A stretch of 56,838 nt of DNA, counting the filler, from Sphacelaria rigidula (taxonomy: Eukaryota), in NCBI GenBank assembly GCA_964200075.2. It is 7 parts of 7 records of this genome, joined end to end, with 100 filler letters (N's around TTAATTAATTAA, not from the genome) between each part and the next. Parts side by side here need not be neighbours in the genome. Positions count along the whole stretch, not along the records: positions 24,403 to 32,436 come from CAXNAA020012558.1; positions 32,537 to 40,570 come from CAXNAA020012559.1; 5 more parts are not named here. The stretch is one strand, 5' to 3'. Shown one piece after another: positions 25,133 to 37,947 of this stretch (position 1 is the stretch's first letter; each line of letters starts with the position of its first letter). Under the pieces are notes generated by a model. The model had not been told where the DNA came from. It did not search any database and saw only the letters and a list, made by a program, of their open reading frames with translations. The translations under genes and the position numbers were made by a program.

Positions 25133-25393
25133 CTGAGCGTTGGGGTGTTACAGCGAGGACAGGCGGGTGGTAAGGAGGCGGCGGACTGGAGTTCGGGGCG
25201 AAGATATTTACACTTCTTCATACAGGTTATTATTGCAGTTGTGAACATGATGCACAAAAATGATGGACAAATGTGCTACTATAGCTGCGGGATGACTGTT
25301 AATATGAAGATAGTGGATAATACGAGCTTCGGACGACAAGGCAACGAACGGGGCATTTAGCACGTTTTTCTGGCTGGGGTAAAAGCCACTGAA

Positions 25394-25815
25394 AACAGTG
25401 GATTCTCGAAAGTGGGGTTGAAAATGATGAGGTTCAACTCAAAAGCCGTGCTTTCCCTGACCTAAAATTCATGACAAATGACTTTCATATGGACCACCCC
25501 ATCCCTCCCGACCTCCACAAAACTATTTGGAGGGATTTCTAGCCTTCCATTCCCCCAAACGGTTTGTGCGAAAGCACGATTTTTTTAACAAAAAACGTCA
25601 CTTTTTCACCCCGAAATCGAGGCAAAAATGTGCTGTCGCATACACCCTTTGGAGGAATGAAAGGCTATAACTCCCTCGAAATAGTTTTAGGGAGGCCAGG
25701 AGGGATGGGGTGGTCCATATGAAAGTCATTGGTCATGAATTTAGGTCAGGGAAAGCACGGCTTTTCAGTTGAACCTCATTTTATTTTTCAACCCCATTTT
25801 GAAGAATCCACGGTT
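25394..25815. mobile_element. Foldback MITE with AAC...GTT termini and TGAA/TGAG flanks, intronic
   Basis: Left end aacagtggattc...ggggttgaaaa; right end ttttcaacccc...gaatccacggtt. The arms are long imperfect reverse complements. Confidence 0.88.
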
Positions 25816-26399
25816 TGAGGTCTCTGCGCCATCTGTCCTTTAGAGGTTGGCATCGTACCGGTTCGACTCCGGTCGCTTTCACGCAATAATTGAGCGTCCG
25901 CAACCCCGGTAGATAGCCTATATCGAATAGGCTTCTATCTCGGGTATTGAGCCGTGGCAATCAAGAGCTACCAACGATCGATCCAAATAACGTACCAGTT
26001 TTGAACTGGTTTGAGAACCGGGCCGCTACTCATATACATATATATAGTTCGTCATGAGTTGCTCCCTTTCACGCACACAGAAGCGACTCGCATGATGAAT
26101 ACGCGAACGCGATTCCCCCACAATCTCAACAGTAGCCTCGATGTCTAAGGTCATTTTGGGTACACGGCATGTTCAATTTAGCTGCTTTTCAGGTTTGGCG
26201 AGATGAACAAATACGGGTGGGAAAAAAAAAAAACACTCAGACTTGGAAACAGAGTCACGAGAATAAGCAGTTTTTCATCTGCTTTCTACAGAAAAAGCAA
26301 AGAGGGCAAGTAAGTGCGTGGGAAGGGGGTGAGGGGACGGGAGGGGGAAACGGAACAGACGCATCACTTCGAGTTGCTTCACAAGCAAGTGTAGTGTAC

Positions 26400-26558
26400 C
26401 TTCGATGTAGAAAGATCTGACAGCAACACCCTGTACACCGACCCCTCTTGAGTCCCTGCCAGCAGCTCCGACCCGTCTGCTTCTATGCTCAACGACACTA
26501 CTCCTCCGTCTAGTCGCGTCTCTATCTCTTGCTGCCACACCATGTCGCCGCCGCTGAT
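26400..26558 (-). CDS. CFAP52/WDR16-like WD40 protein exon
   Basis: CAG|...|GTACAC, 159 nt, ISGGDMVWQQEIETRLDGGVVSLSIEADGSELLAGTQEGSVYRVLLSDLSTSK. Confidence 0.88.
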
Positions 26559-27083
26559 CTGCCAGTTTGGTTGGGGATGTATAGGTGCGGCGGGCGTGTT
26601 GAGCGATTGGCTGTGTGGACTCATTGTTGCTTGCCCTAGTCATTTGACCGTTCACCATACATCTCTTTCGAGACGGAGCACCCTTCCTACTCCTAATGGA
26701 AACACCTGCAACATTTCGGTGCTCACGGCGTTTCTTCCATACATTACATATAACCTTTTACATATCTTGCTCCCTTTTTCTGTTTCGCCATCTGCGACCA
26801 CCATCTATCTCCTGGTAGAACGATCATTTTCTTTCTGCTGTCTAATGCATCAAACGATTGCATGCCACCTTCGTTTAGTTCTCACATTTCCCCCTCCAAC
26901 GCGTCCCTTTCTTCCTTGTATAGCTCTCATTATCCCACTGTGTGAGATTTACTCTGTTGCTTTGTTGTGCATCTACTTCCTCCTCCACCCGACTACTGGT
27001 GTACCCTCTTTTTTGCTCTTTGGCAGGGCGAGGTCCCTCACCCAAAATCGCACTTTCAACTTTTTCGCGTAGTTCATGGGACG

Positions 27084-27335
27084 GACTGCTGCCGAGATAG
27101 CCCCCCCCCCCCGAACCGGCCAAAAACGTGCACGGGGGCGATGATCATAAATGCCGTTAGAGCTGGTGTCGTACTGTACGGCGCGACTCATTTGAGCGTT
27201 ATAGATGATTTCGGACTGATACACGCCTCTCATGCGGGCGAAATGGCTGCAAACGAGCCTAATGGTGGGATTCCAGCCGGTTCGTCCGACGGTCTCCGGT
27301 GCACTCTTTGTGGGGGGGCTATCTCGGCATTAGTC
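27084..27335. mobile_element. MITE with GAC...GTC termini and GACG 4-bp TSD, inserted in the LINE
   Basis: Left end gactgctgccgagatagccccc; right end gggggctatctcggcattagtc. GACG flanks both sides. Confidence 0.9.
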
Positions 27336-28881
27336 GACGCGCGGATACGTTTTCATCCCTATACCCTCTCAATGCGTTGTATATCTTCAGGTGCTCTTCC
27401 TCGTCTAGTTTCCGCCTTAGCGTTTATTTTCCCCTTATTTCTATAATGTCTCTTACTTTTGTGTCGTAACCTCTACAGTCACCAGTGGACACTATCTCGT
27501 CTTGGTTTCCTCCTATCCCCTTCCATACTTTCTCGACTACGCTATCCCACCTTACTTCCAGCCTCCCCTTTCATTACTTTCTTCTATATAGCACTATAAA
27601 ATATGGTTGGCAATCTCTATCTTGGCATGTTCCTTGCGTTATATTGCCGTTCCATTCTCTTCATGTTTCTCTTATTTTTCATACGTGGGCGCATTTCCAC
27701 TTCTGCTCTCAATACTGTGTTTCTCGTCGTTTTTGAGCATCCAAGTATTACCTTACCTGCTGTGATCTGTACTGTTTCCAGCTGCTTCGCAAACTTCGCG
27801 CTCCACTCCCATACCCCCCCCTGCTGCATATTCTAGCTTCCTTACAATCGTTTTCATCAGAATACATTTCTTACTCCTATATCGAGGTTCGAGTCTCTTA
27901 GGATAAAGTCCATCTTGCCTATCTATATCTCACCATTTCCTCTCACTGTCTATGTACATCTCAAAAACATATAATTTCGATATCTAGGCCAGGGTATGAA
28001 TTCTGGTCTACGATCGGCCATTCCTCTTCTCCCCACTTCTTCCACCTCCATTTGAACTCTACCGGGTTCTTCCAATCTTTGCTACATATAAGTACCGCGC
28101 ACTGTTTCACGTTCGCTGTCGATCTTTATTTCCTCGTGTTTTCTAGCGCTATCCCTGTTTGTTTCTGCATCGATTCTGGGGTTTCTGATATCTCTACGAC
28201 ATGACCCACGTACACCGATCCCGACGCCATACTTTCTCTCGCCGTGGCTCCATACTTTGCTGCTTCCACTGCCACCATCATGTCGGCAATAAATACCTTG
28301 AATCAGGTGGGTGATAATGTACGTCCTTATGTAACTCCTTGTACAATATCAACATAATATTTCGCTATCCCCATCTAGCATCACAGCACGTCTTAAATAC
28401 TCTTTCATCTTTGTTCTTAACCAAGTTTCCCTAGTCTTTCCCGCAACTCATTCATCCATACTATGCCATAGGCCTTCTGTATTTCTATATAGAAATAGCA
28501 CGTTGTTAGCCCTGCGCCTTTCCTACCTTGACTAACCTTATATATTGTGTACACATGATCTACGCAACTACGGTTTGGTCTAAACCCTGGTTGCCCCTCG
28601 TTGATTTTCACTTCCTTCTCCAGCATCTGGCCCACTCTACCGTTCAGAATTCGACAGGGTGTTTTTCCTAGGGTGCCCAGTACCGATATCCCTATTGTTC
28701 CCTGGGTCGACCTTGCCTTCTTCCTTGGAAAGGGTTTGCTACTATTATTTCCCTCGTTTTGCCATATCCAATTATTCTATATAACCGCCATCATGGTAAC
28801 CATTCCCGCTATCCCTCACTTTAGAAATTCATTAACTATTTTGTCTGCCCCTGCTACCTTTTCCCTTTTAAGTTTAGCTAA

Positions 28882-29132
28882 GACACTTTCTACGATAGCC
28901 CCCCCCGAAACCAGCCCAAAATTGTCACAAAAAAAATGGCCATGCAGCGTCTGATATTTGGCTTCAGGCTGCATGAAGCGCCTCATATTGGCAACATTGG
29001 CGAGAGCGAACCCAAGCGTGAGAATTCCCAGCTGCTCGTTGTGCTCGGATTTTCCCCTTAGGGTTTACGTGAAGATTTTGCCTCCCGAAACCATGCACTT
29101 TTTTGTGGGGGGGGGCTATCGTAGAAAGGGTC
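28882..29132. mobile_element. MITE with GAC...GTC termini and CTAA/CTAC flanks, inserted in the LINE
   Basis: Same family as 22501-22741. Removing it restores the LINE frame EFVAKLKR. Confidence 0.9.
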
Positions 29133-30121
29133 CTACAAACTCCTTTACTTCCTCTCTTGTGTATCATATCTACAATCCTTTCGAGCCACTATCTTCCCGT
29201 TTTGATGCTTCTACATTTGCCTCTGCCCACGCGTCGGCATCTTTCTCGAATCCCGCATCGAACGTCTTGGTAGTAGTTGGCGTTCCTAGTTTTGGGTAGT
29301 GCTCTACTAGTAGTTCGCTCTCTTTCTTCGAACAACAATCCATTCCGCCGTTCTCCGCTCGTAGTGTGACTATTCCCTTGTCTGCCTCTCCTGCCTGGAT
29401 TCCTATCATCCTTTCTAGCCCTACCCACATTTGCTTCATCCCGCCATCAAAATCTTCGCTGTTCTATTGACTACCTCTTCCCATAACCCCGTCCTATTTT
29501 TCTCTATCCTCCTATTCACCTCTTTCTTAGCTTCAGCACACTCCTCCCACCCAACCGTAGTTTTCTCGATGTCTATCTTGCATGGGCCTTTCTTCTTACC
29601 CTTGAAGCCTATTTTGATTCCTCATCTCACCATTTTATTTCGCTGTTGCGCACAATCAGTTTCTTCCTTATGACTTTACTTGCTGTGGTTTTGACCAATT
29701 GCTCCCATCGTCCTTTAACTTTCGCTCGTGGCCGACCCCGTTCTATTTCAATATTATTAGCTGTGCCTACGCTTTCCAACAGCTCGGAATTTTCACTGCA
29801 CTTTTGGTCATTTCGTCTTGGAATTCTCCCTGGTTTTCTTAAGTCTCTACTCCATCTACTCTACATTTGAACAACATACTATCCCACCTCTTTACATAGC
29901 TCTCGTCTGTTGACTGGCTGTCCATATTATTAGGCGATGATTTGTAGTTACAACGTCCGCTGCACATACATGCGCTTCCGCTTCTTTCTCACTTCCACAT
30001 TTTTCTACTACATAATCAAGAATATAGCTTTCTCTCTTTTGTATGCATTGCCTAGTGCATGTATAGTGCGCCTTCCGCTTTTGTCTTCCATCGTTCGGCG
30101 TCTCTATCTCGCTACTTTAAA

Positions 30122-30510
30122 CGAGATGGGCCAGCCTAGAAATGGGCTGAAACTCTCAAAGCAGTATCTCATGGACACAGACAAGTTGGGTCGTGATCCG
30201 CATATCGTATCAATCATCTAATCAAGGGGAAGGTGCCCATTTGCTCAAAGGTTTGGGCCAATATTTTCTCGTTGAAAAAAATCCCATGTCTAGTAGTTCC
30301 TGTACCGTACGGAGCTGGCGTCCATACTCAAATCTAAATGAAACCCCGAACGATACATTCAGCGGATGACAATGATTTTTGGTGTGGGCATTACCTGTAG
30401 CACGGGGATATGATAGATGAGCTCAACTTCATCTAATTAGTTATCTATATCGAGATATGGCGCACATAATGTTTCATACTAAAATCAATATATTACGAGC
30501 AAAGGCACTA
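30122..30510 (+). repeat. Partial copy of the left arm of the 21592 element
   Basis: Colinear similarity with 21592-21980. Confidence 0.85.
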
Positions 30511-30752
30511 TCGTTATGGTATTCGAAGGGACTGGCCTCGATGAGGTACAGTACCCTCTTGGGCACACATGACTCGGATTAATAGCAACATTTGGATATG
30601 AATCTTTGATTTGGCCGTTGAGGGATGTGAGTTTCTTGGAAAGATCCAAATCGATGTTCCGAAGTGTTGGCAGCGGTTGATAAGGGGTTCAGGTTGCATG
30701 GTTGAACGGGCCTGTCGGCATAATATATATATATATATATATGCACAATGGA

Positions 30753-31028
30753 CAGCAATGCTACGGTAGGGGTTGCAATTTTTCAGCGAAAACGTTTCTC
30801 GGGGCTGCTCGGTGTGTTGGACAGGTTATTTCGTGAATCGGCATCATTTTTACTTAAAAAAGACTGAAAATGATGCCGATTCACGAAAAGGACCCTGCGT
30901 GCAAACACCATGTTTCCAGGAGCCCGGTCCCCGGAATTTTTGGGCTGCACGGTAAGCCCCATTTATATGGGCTCCTACAAAAAAAAGGCCCAGAAACAAA
31001 ACGTGCAACCCCTACAGTGGCATTGCTC
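30753..31028. mobile_element. MITE sharing TIRs with the 16834-21364 element
   Basis: Left end cagcaatgctacggtaggggttgca; right end tgcaacccctacagtggcattgctc. Internal palindrome tgaatcggcatcatttt...aaaatgatgccgattca. Confidence 0.85.
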
Positions 31029-31091
31029 CGAACAGCATTGCCCTAATATTCCTTGGACTGGGATCGACCATACGATAAACGAGGTATTTGC

Positions 31092-31567
31092 TGTTACAAA
31101 AGGACCGTTGGATGTATGGGCCAGCAATGTCTCGGTTTTCCTTTACCTGCCGTTGGCTTGCCGTTCTTGTATCATGACTATGTGTTAATATAGTTCTTGG
31201 TGTAGGATCGTATCGAGTGACTCAAGCCCCCCGTGATCACTCGCTTTGGCTACCTGGACACAATCAGCTTTGGCCTGCCGTTGCTCTGAGTTCCATGTAA
31301 ATCCTACTGGTAAGCCTTAGTTGTGGGGACTATTGGCTTCTGGTTAGTAGTGTAAAATACGAGTGGATATCTCGCTCTGTGAACGGCGTACTTTGAATTA
31401 CCCAACAGCAATTGGATTTAGGCGGGCTGTTAGTTACACAGTTTTGCCCGCGGCAGATGCACACACGGCTCGAGCCTCTATTCGTGAGAACACACCGGAC
31501 AAGGGTGTAGTGTGACTTCCCTTCTCGGAGGGTACTGCACTAAATCACTTCATAATTGGGGCTTCAG
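31092..31567 (+). repeat. Possible LTR remnant plus PBS
   Basis: Ends ...CACTTCA followed by TGGGGCTTCAG, identical to the motif after the LTR at 1566. The 5' boundary is uncertain. Confidence 0.35.
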
Positions 31568-32536
31568 CTGGCATCAAGCTGTGCTGCTAAATTCCGTATG
31601 GAGAACCGCTAGTGCATAACAAAGTAAAGAACAGCTTTTCATTTCGTCAGGTGTTTTTCATCTTTTTCGCTTTGAACGAAATTTGGGAAGAAACAAACAT
31701 TGCTCATGGGCCATATCTCGATTTTTTAGCTCAATCTTTAGAATTGTGGTTTGAAATTTAGCATGGAAAACTACAGAGGTATGCTGAATAAAAAAAACGG
31801 GCCTTCAATTCTTCTGGAGGGGGGAAGGTTCGGGCGTTTTGTAAAAAAATAATCGTTACCACACTAAAACGCCCCAAAGCAGTGATGAATGTATATAAAC
31901 ACTAACCTGACCCACGTGTTTTTGTTTAGTATGCCCTTGCAAGGTCCCACACAATTTTTCAATACGTAAACACCAAACGTGGGCCGGGAAGTGGCCTGCA
32001 AAATACTGTAACAAATTTATACCGACCCGGTTACTAAACGGCCCATCCGCCGGCCAATATTCAGAGTTGGATAGTAAAAATTGTTATGGACCATGAATAG
32101 AGCATAGTAAAAAAATAACGCGTGCACCCCAAGAATTTTTTTTGCATGAACTAAAGGCAATTAATCGTTTTTCAGGTATCAATAAAATGTCGTCAAATCA
32201 TGAGAAAAAAATATTTGGATGCACGCGTAATTTTTTTTATTATGCCCAACTCATTATTCGTACCAAGTTTTAGGGCCCAACTCTAAATATTGGCCGGCGA
32301 ATGGGGTTGCGAACTAAACATTCGCCCCTAGGCTGCCTCCGGTTAGACACCCATGAGGCAGTCTAAAGGCTGTGGCTGACTCTGGAAGTGGCGATACCAC
32401 AGAATAAAGCAACCCATTGTTGGCTGTCATCCAAATNNNNNNNNNNNNNNNNNNNNNNNNNNNNNNNNNNNNNNNNNNNNTTAATTAATTAANNNNNNNN
32501 NNNNNNNNNNNNNNNNNNNNNNNNNNNNNNNNNNNN

Positions 32537-32584
<48 letters not shown>
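32537..32584 (+). repeat. (TAA)n microsatellite at a contig start
   Basis: Pure TAA run. Confidence 0.95.
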
Positions 32585-32589
32585 GGAGA

Positions 32590-34725
32590 CCCGCCAAGCC
32601 GAAGTGAAAATGAGGAGGCTCCGAGTGATATGTCGAACGGCAAAGCAACCGGTCCGGATGGTATTCCTGCTGAAATCCTGGAGCTTGGACTGAACGGGAA
32701 GGCGTCGGAGATGCTGTACCATCTCCACAGCATCGTCTCTGCGGTTTGGACATCTGGCGACGCGCCACGAGAATGGAAAGATGTCACCATCAAAGTGCTG
32801 CACAAAAAAAAAATGGGACCGAGTGTGGTAACCACAGAGGCATTTCACTTGTGGCCATACAGCTAAACTTCTCCTCACAATCGTAGCGAACAGGCTCGGT
32901 AATTTTTGTGAGGAAACAGGTTTCTGCCCGCAAGAGCAGTGCGGAATTAAGCGCCAAAGATCGAGCACAGACATGATCTTCGTATTACGCCAATTTCAGA
33001 ATTGGAGCGGGCGAGCAACGTCCCAATAAACATGTGCTTTATCGATGTTCAGAGAGCCTACGACTGCGCAGACCACATACTCCTGTGGGAAATGCTTGCT
33101 CGATTCGGAGCTCCGTCGCGAATTATCACGATCATCCTAACGTTTCACGACGACATGCGAGCTCGGGTACAGCTGGATAGTGGCGAACGATCAGCGTGGT
33201 TCCAAGTCTGTAAGGGCCTCAGACAAGGGTGCGTTTCGCTGTTGTTCAACGTATTCGGAGCAGGCTTGGTGGAAGTGATCGTTCAACGGCTTGCGGCGGA
33301 CCCAGTCATTGTCTCAGACTTGACCTTCATGGATGATGCTCCAAAGGTGACGGTGGTGAGCCCGTGGAAGAGACACCGCTTGAGAAGGTGCGACGCGCGG
33401 TGTGGGCAATGCTTTATGCGGACGACGCCGGCATAGCCTCGAAGAACTCAGAGGGCCTTGCTCGAGTGATGGCCGTGATAATGGTTTTCTGCCAGGAATT
33501 CGGCCTGATTGTTTCCGACAGCAAGACAGAGTCCATGCGCCTTTTGTCAGTACCCAGTCACGCGGAGGCCGCCCTGGATATCAAAGTTTCCGGTCAACGA
33601 TGTCAGCAGAAGGGGAAGCTCACTTACCTTGGAGCTATCAGCGCGGATGCGCAAGTGCCAATCGAAATCAACCGCCGCATTAGCGCGGCGTGGGCGCGTA
33701 TCCGAAAACATGGCTCCAGACTTCACGACCGATCCAACGCCGAGTTATCCTTCAAAGTTCGACTGCTTGAAGGGGAGGTCGTAGAAGCTCTGTTCTATGG
33801 GTGTGCCACATGGACGCTACATTCTGAGGACTTCGGCAGTCTGCGGACTGTCCATCACAAGCTCTTGTTGCGAATGGTCGGATTCCGCAGGATGGATCGA
33901 AATGGCTTCAAGACTCTCTCGTACAAAGCGGTGCTCGAGATGACCACCTGCGAACGTATCGAGACGACTACACGCAAACGTCAACCCTGGTTCGCGGGAG
34001 CCTTTGTCAGGCAGAAGGAAACACGCCTTCATACGCGCGTCGTGAATGGTCGGTTAACCACACGGGTCTCAACGAGGCCGCCCCCCCCCCCCCCCCCCCC
34101 CCTACCGCAAGCATTGGGAGCATCACCTCGAGGAAAACCTAAGTGCACTAGGGGCTGTCCCGCAAAAAGGAGCCCGACGGAAATGGTCCGTGTACGGTGT
34201 AGAGGTTAACGATGCATACGATTGGGTCACTGCGGGGAAGAACATAGACAAATGGCATATCGGAGTCGAAAAAGGAGCGGAAGACTTGGAGGATACGTAG
34301 CGACGCGCGTACAAACGAGAATAAGACCGCCGTCACAATGCGAGGCTGCTGGGTCGAAAACCGCCAATCGAAGAGTCCTGTCTACTCATATCGGTTGTTG
34401 ATTATGTCCTTAGTCGGTGGCTCTGCGGTGCCCACTGGTGTATCTGTATCTACTCTGCTGACCTGAATCCTTTGGCATTGTTTCATTTGTTCTTGCTCTC
34501 TTCGTTTCCTTTCCGTTTCCATTTTTTTGTTTTTAGATCCATCATTTCTTCCTGTGCTTTGCGTTTATTGTCATTTTTTGTTGTTGTTCACGTCTTAGTC
34601 TACTGTGTCGTTCTGTTCGACTTTTTCTGTTCCTTCTTTTTCTTCAGCGAGTGTTTCAGTTTTGATTTTTCTTGGGTACGTCCATCATGTCACCACGTCT
34701 GGATCCCTGAGGGGCCAGTTGAAGT
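32590..34725 (+). mobile_element. Decayed RTE-like LINE (RT domain plus 3' UTR)
   Basis: NGKATGPDGIPAEIL, FIDVQRAYD, GLRQGC, MLYADD, YLG and LFYGCATWTL across frameshifted ORFs. The 3' UTR recurs reversed at ~37345-37505 with an AATC-type tail. Confidence 0.93.
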
Positions 34726-34727
34726 GT

Positions 34728-35088
34728 TGTGTGTGTGTGTGTGTGTGTGTGTTGTCGTCCTGTCTTTTCTGGACGCCGGTCTACACCTTTCGGTATACGT
34801 GGGCGCACCAGCCGGGGTCACACAGGAGAAGGGTCAACACAGGAGCTTTTTTTTCTTCTTTGCTTTTAGTGCCCCACCTTCCTTCTGCGGTGCTTGCCTT
34901 CACTTTTTATCGCGAGGCGGGTTCAGCACTCCTTTCCCTCGTCGGCCATGAGGTCGATTTTTGTATACCCGCGACATGGTCGCTCTCCACTGTTGGGCAT
35001 GTTGTGCGAAAAAATCTCACATCGCTCCGAACCCACAATGCAACCGTCAGAGGGTTTCCAGATTACCAACTGAGCCACCGGGGCGACC
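34728..35088 (-). mobile_element. tRNA-derived SINE with (CA)n tail
   Basis: Head GGTCGCCCCGGTGGCTCAGTTGG on the minus strand; body matches the 51555 and 52006 copies. Confidence 0.88.
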
Positions 35089-36070
35089 AGCTCACTTGAA
35101 ATTCACCAATCAATAAATCAAAAAATCAATCTAATGACCGCTGGGTGCTCCTCGTCTCAAACATGATATAAAGTTGGTACCATCAGCTCCACGTGCGCAA
35201 TATCCCTCAGCAATAAAATGGTGGGCGTCGTCAGCCCATACCAGGCGGGTGAGTATCAAGAGGTGGGCGGCATACGCCGACTCATCTAGTCATAGCGTGC
35301 AGCCATGCGCTTCTGGAAGATACTACCCCACGACTATTGTACATGTCCTCCAGTTTTGCGTTCCCCGTTTTCGAGTATATTTTGGTGAGTGTTTCCGCTC
35401 ATCACCTCGAGTAAGTCCAGCTTGTGACTATGGGTGGATACGCGGCGACTTTGTTTGCGTGCGAAAATTGATTAAGTCGGTGCGGGTACGTAGGGGCTGG
35501 TCGGTACTACGGGCGATGATAGTATGGACTGGCAGGGGCATTGTGAGTTATGCTGCACTCCAAACGCGTCACCTGGAAGGGGGTACATAGAGTGGCATGA
35601 TAATGGGAAGCTGTACCCGCACCAGCTGCCCCGACCGCCACCTGTGCTAAAACCATGTAGCACCTTTCAACGCGGGAGGTTGGCGGCAACGTACCTTGCC
35701 CGGAAGGTGGTGCTACTACGCCACTGTTCTTCGGCTGAAGAGGGGTAAATAGGGGTACCTGTGACTCTTCGTAACCGGGACGAATGCAAATGGGACGGGA
35801 GAGCACTGGGCTTGGGTCAGTTTCGACACGGACGCCTACTGGCGTCAATAGGGCCGTCTGAAATGCTACCACCAACCGGCGCCCTACCGACACGAGCTGT
35901 TCGCACGACATGGAACAAGGAATGACAGTTTCTTCGAAACGAGTCTCGGTCTTCCAATATTGTTCAACCTCGAAACAACGATTCCTTTAACCTGAGACTG
36001 ATCATGCCAGCACCGTTTCTGTCCAGCTATTCTCGATCCATTGATACTTTTCGCGGTTTCCACCAGCTTC

Positions 36071-36168
36071 GTACGCCCACAGCGCTGAGGTAAGGATTAT
36101 TTCGACTCGATTTGGGGGTGATGGATTAACGAGCATGATAATATCCTCGCTCAGCGCTGTGGGCGTAC
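36071..36168. mobile_element. 98-bp mini inverted-repeat element
   Basis: Perfect 19-bp inverted repeat gtacgcccacagcgctgag / ctcagcgctgtgggcgtac. Confidence 0.7.
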
Positions 36169-37344
36169 AGAGTCGGTGAAGCCCGCTGAGAAAGCATCCA
36201 CCCGATCGAAGAGCGTAAGGTTGACGAGAAGTTCATGGTCAAAGTTTCACATCGGGCAAAGCGCTGTTTCGGGGTTTATCCTCATTTTCTTGTTGAAACT
36301 CTGTTTTCGCGGAATCTTCCTTTGGTGCTTTCGGCGGGTCATGGGGACAGGGACAGTGAACTTCCGGCTGGTGGATCAGCAGGACCTTGACTAGCTGTGC
36401 CACAAATTTATTTTCTTGGTGCGGTTGACGAGCGCAGGTTGTAGTGCATTTTGAAATGGGATGGCTCAAGTGCCGCATTTGTGAGGCATGGATATAGAAA
36501 GAAAAACAAATGCCTCGTGGTGTCTGCGCCGCTGGGCATGAATGTGTCCTGGCGTTAGTGCGATTGGAAAGCGGTTTTGCCCAGGGGAATGGTTGGTGAC
36601 AATGCAAGCAATAGGTGCCTGCCCTCTTACAGGTAAGCTTGAGTGAAGCTAAGCCTGACATATTCCGTCGAAACAGGACATGGAGGTCTCAGGAATGAGC
36701 CGAGATAGTACGAAAGTAGACACCATCTTACGGGGAGAAGACCACGTACTGGATAGTGTGGACCTCTACACAACAGTGACGGTGGCCGTCCAGCAACGAA
36801 TACGCAAACAGTTCTACCCGAAGGAAATAACTCATTTTTGTCAACGTTCCCGGCCCTTTCCATCCATTGGTATTGCTTGTAGACTGAACCAAATTGCATG
36901 GCCGGATGGCATACCGACCAAGATTCAACGACGAAAAGGAACGTCAACGGATAAACGAGTGAAAACGCGCAGCCCAGGTAATGCAACTGCACAGTACGTG
37001 ACCTTCAGGAGGGTACAGTGGTTGATAGCTCAGTCTGCGTTGAGGTCAAACCATTGAATGTGAATACAAGGTGGCTTCGCCAAATTACCGACCCTAACTC
37101 GAGTCTTCCAGAGAGCAGGCTACCCGACACGCACAACACCATGCATGGCCGAATCAACAGCCATACCGACAAGCGAATGAGGTTGCCAATAACGCTAACA
37201 CCTACCAGCAGCGATAGCGTCATGCAGTGTACCCCGATATTCTGATCAGCCCGGTGCAGTGAGCAACATGACGGCCGTCTACGTTCGTAACGGTTGCCAG
37301 AGATAACTAGCCGCCTACGTTTGTAAAAGTTGCCAATGGTGACT

Positions 37345-37505
37345 GATTGATTTGATGATTGATTGTCGCACTTGACCTGACCCCCCAGGGGTCCAGCCGT
37401 GGTGTCATGATAGACGTCCCCAAGAAAAACGAGACTGAAACACGCTCTGAGAAAAAGAAGGAACAGAAAAAAAAGAGGGTCGAACAGAACGACATAGCAG
37501 ACTGT
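37345..37505 (-). mobile_element. Isolated 3' end of the RTE-like LINE
   Basis: Reverse complement of ~34600-34725 followed by an AATC-type tail. Confidence 0.8.
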
Positions 37506-37947
37506 GACTACCCTGCATGAACGCAAAAAATTGTCTCGGTCGCCGGTGGTGCGATCGGCGGACCGTGCTGTATACGACTTCAAGACGATCAAGAAACGGA
37601 GCTGTGTATGGAATACATGCCCAAAGAGAAAAGGCATGCTTTGTCTACCCACCCGGGTCGTTTTGGTCTGCGCGTCCGGCACATGGGGCGATAGATAGCC
37701 AATGAGACCACCCACAGGGTGCTCGCTGCGAATCCCGTTTCCGTACGCTTACTACCATACTCTTTTTTTATTGCTGTATAGTACTTCGTAAAACGAAACG
37801 CCGGCAGGTGATTGATTGTCTTCAATCGAAAAATTGCTCCCCGTACTGCACTGCCCAACTGAGAAGTGTTTGCATATGTTAATTGTGTTGCTTCTTGCTG
37901 ACTTTCCGTCAGGGATACCGTAACTATTGCCAAAACACAACGCTGTT

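Larger units (their letters stand above)
26619..30060 (-). mobile_element. Decayed LINE (non-LTR retrotransposon) with RT remnants
   Basis: EGQPGFRPNRSCVDHVYT...IQKAYGIVW (28417-28635) and QGVT*GRTLSPT*FKVFI near 28300, with many stops. The 5' boundary is approximate. Confidence 0.88.

Noticed and set aside
9552-26558. One large WD40 gene joining the EML and CFAP52-like exons
   Set aside because: The exons are on different contigs of a pseudo-scaffold and belong to different WD40 families.
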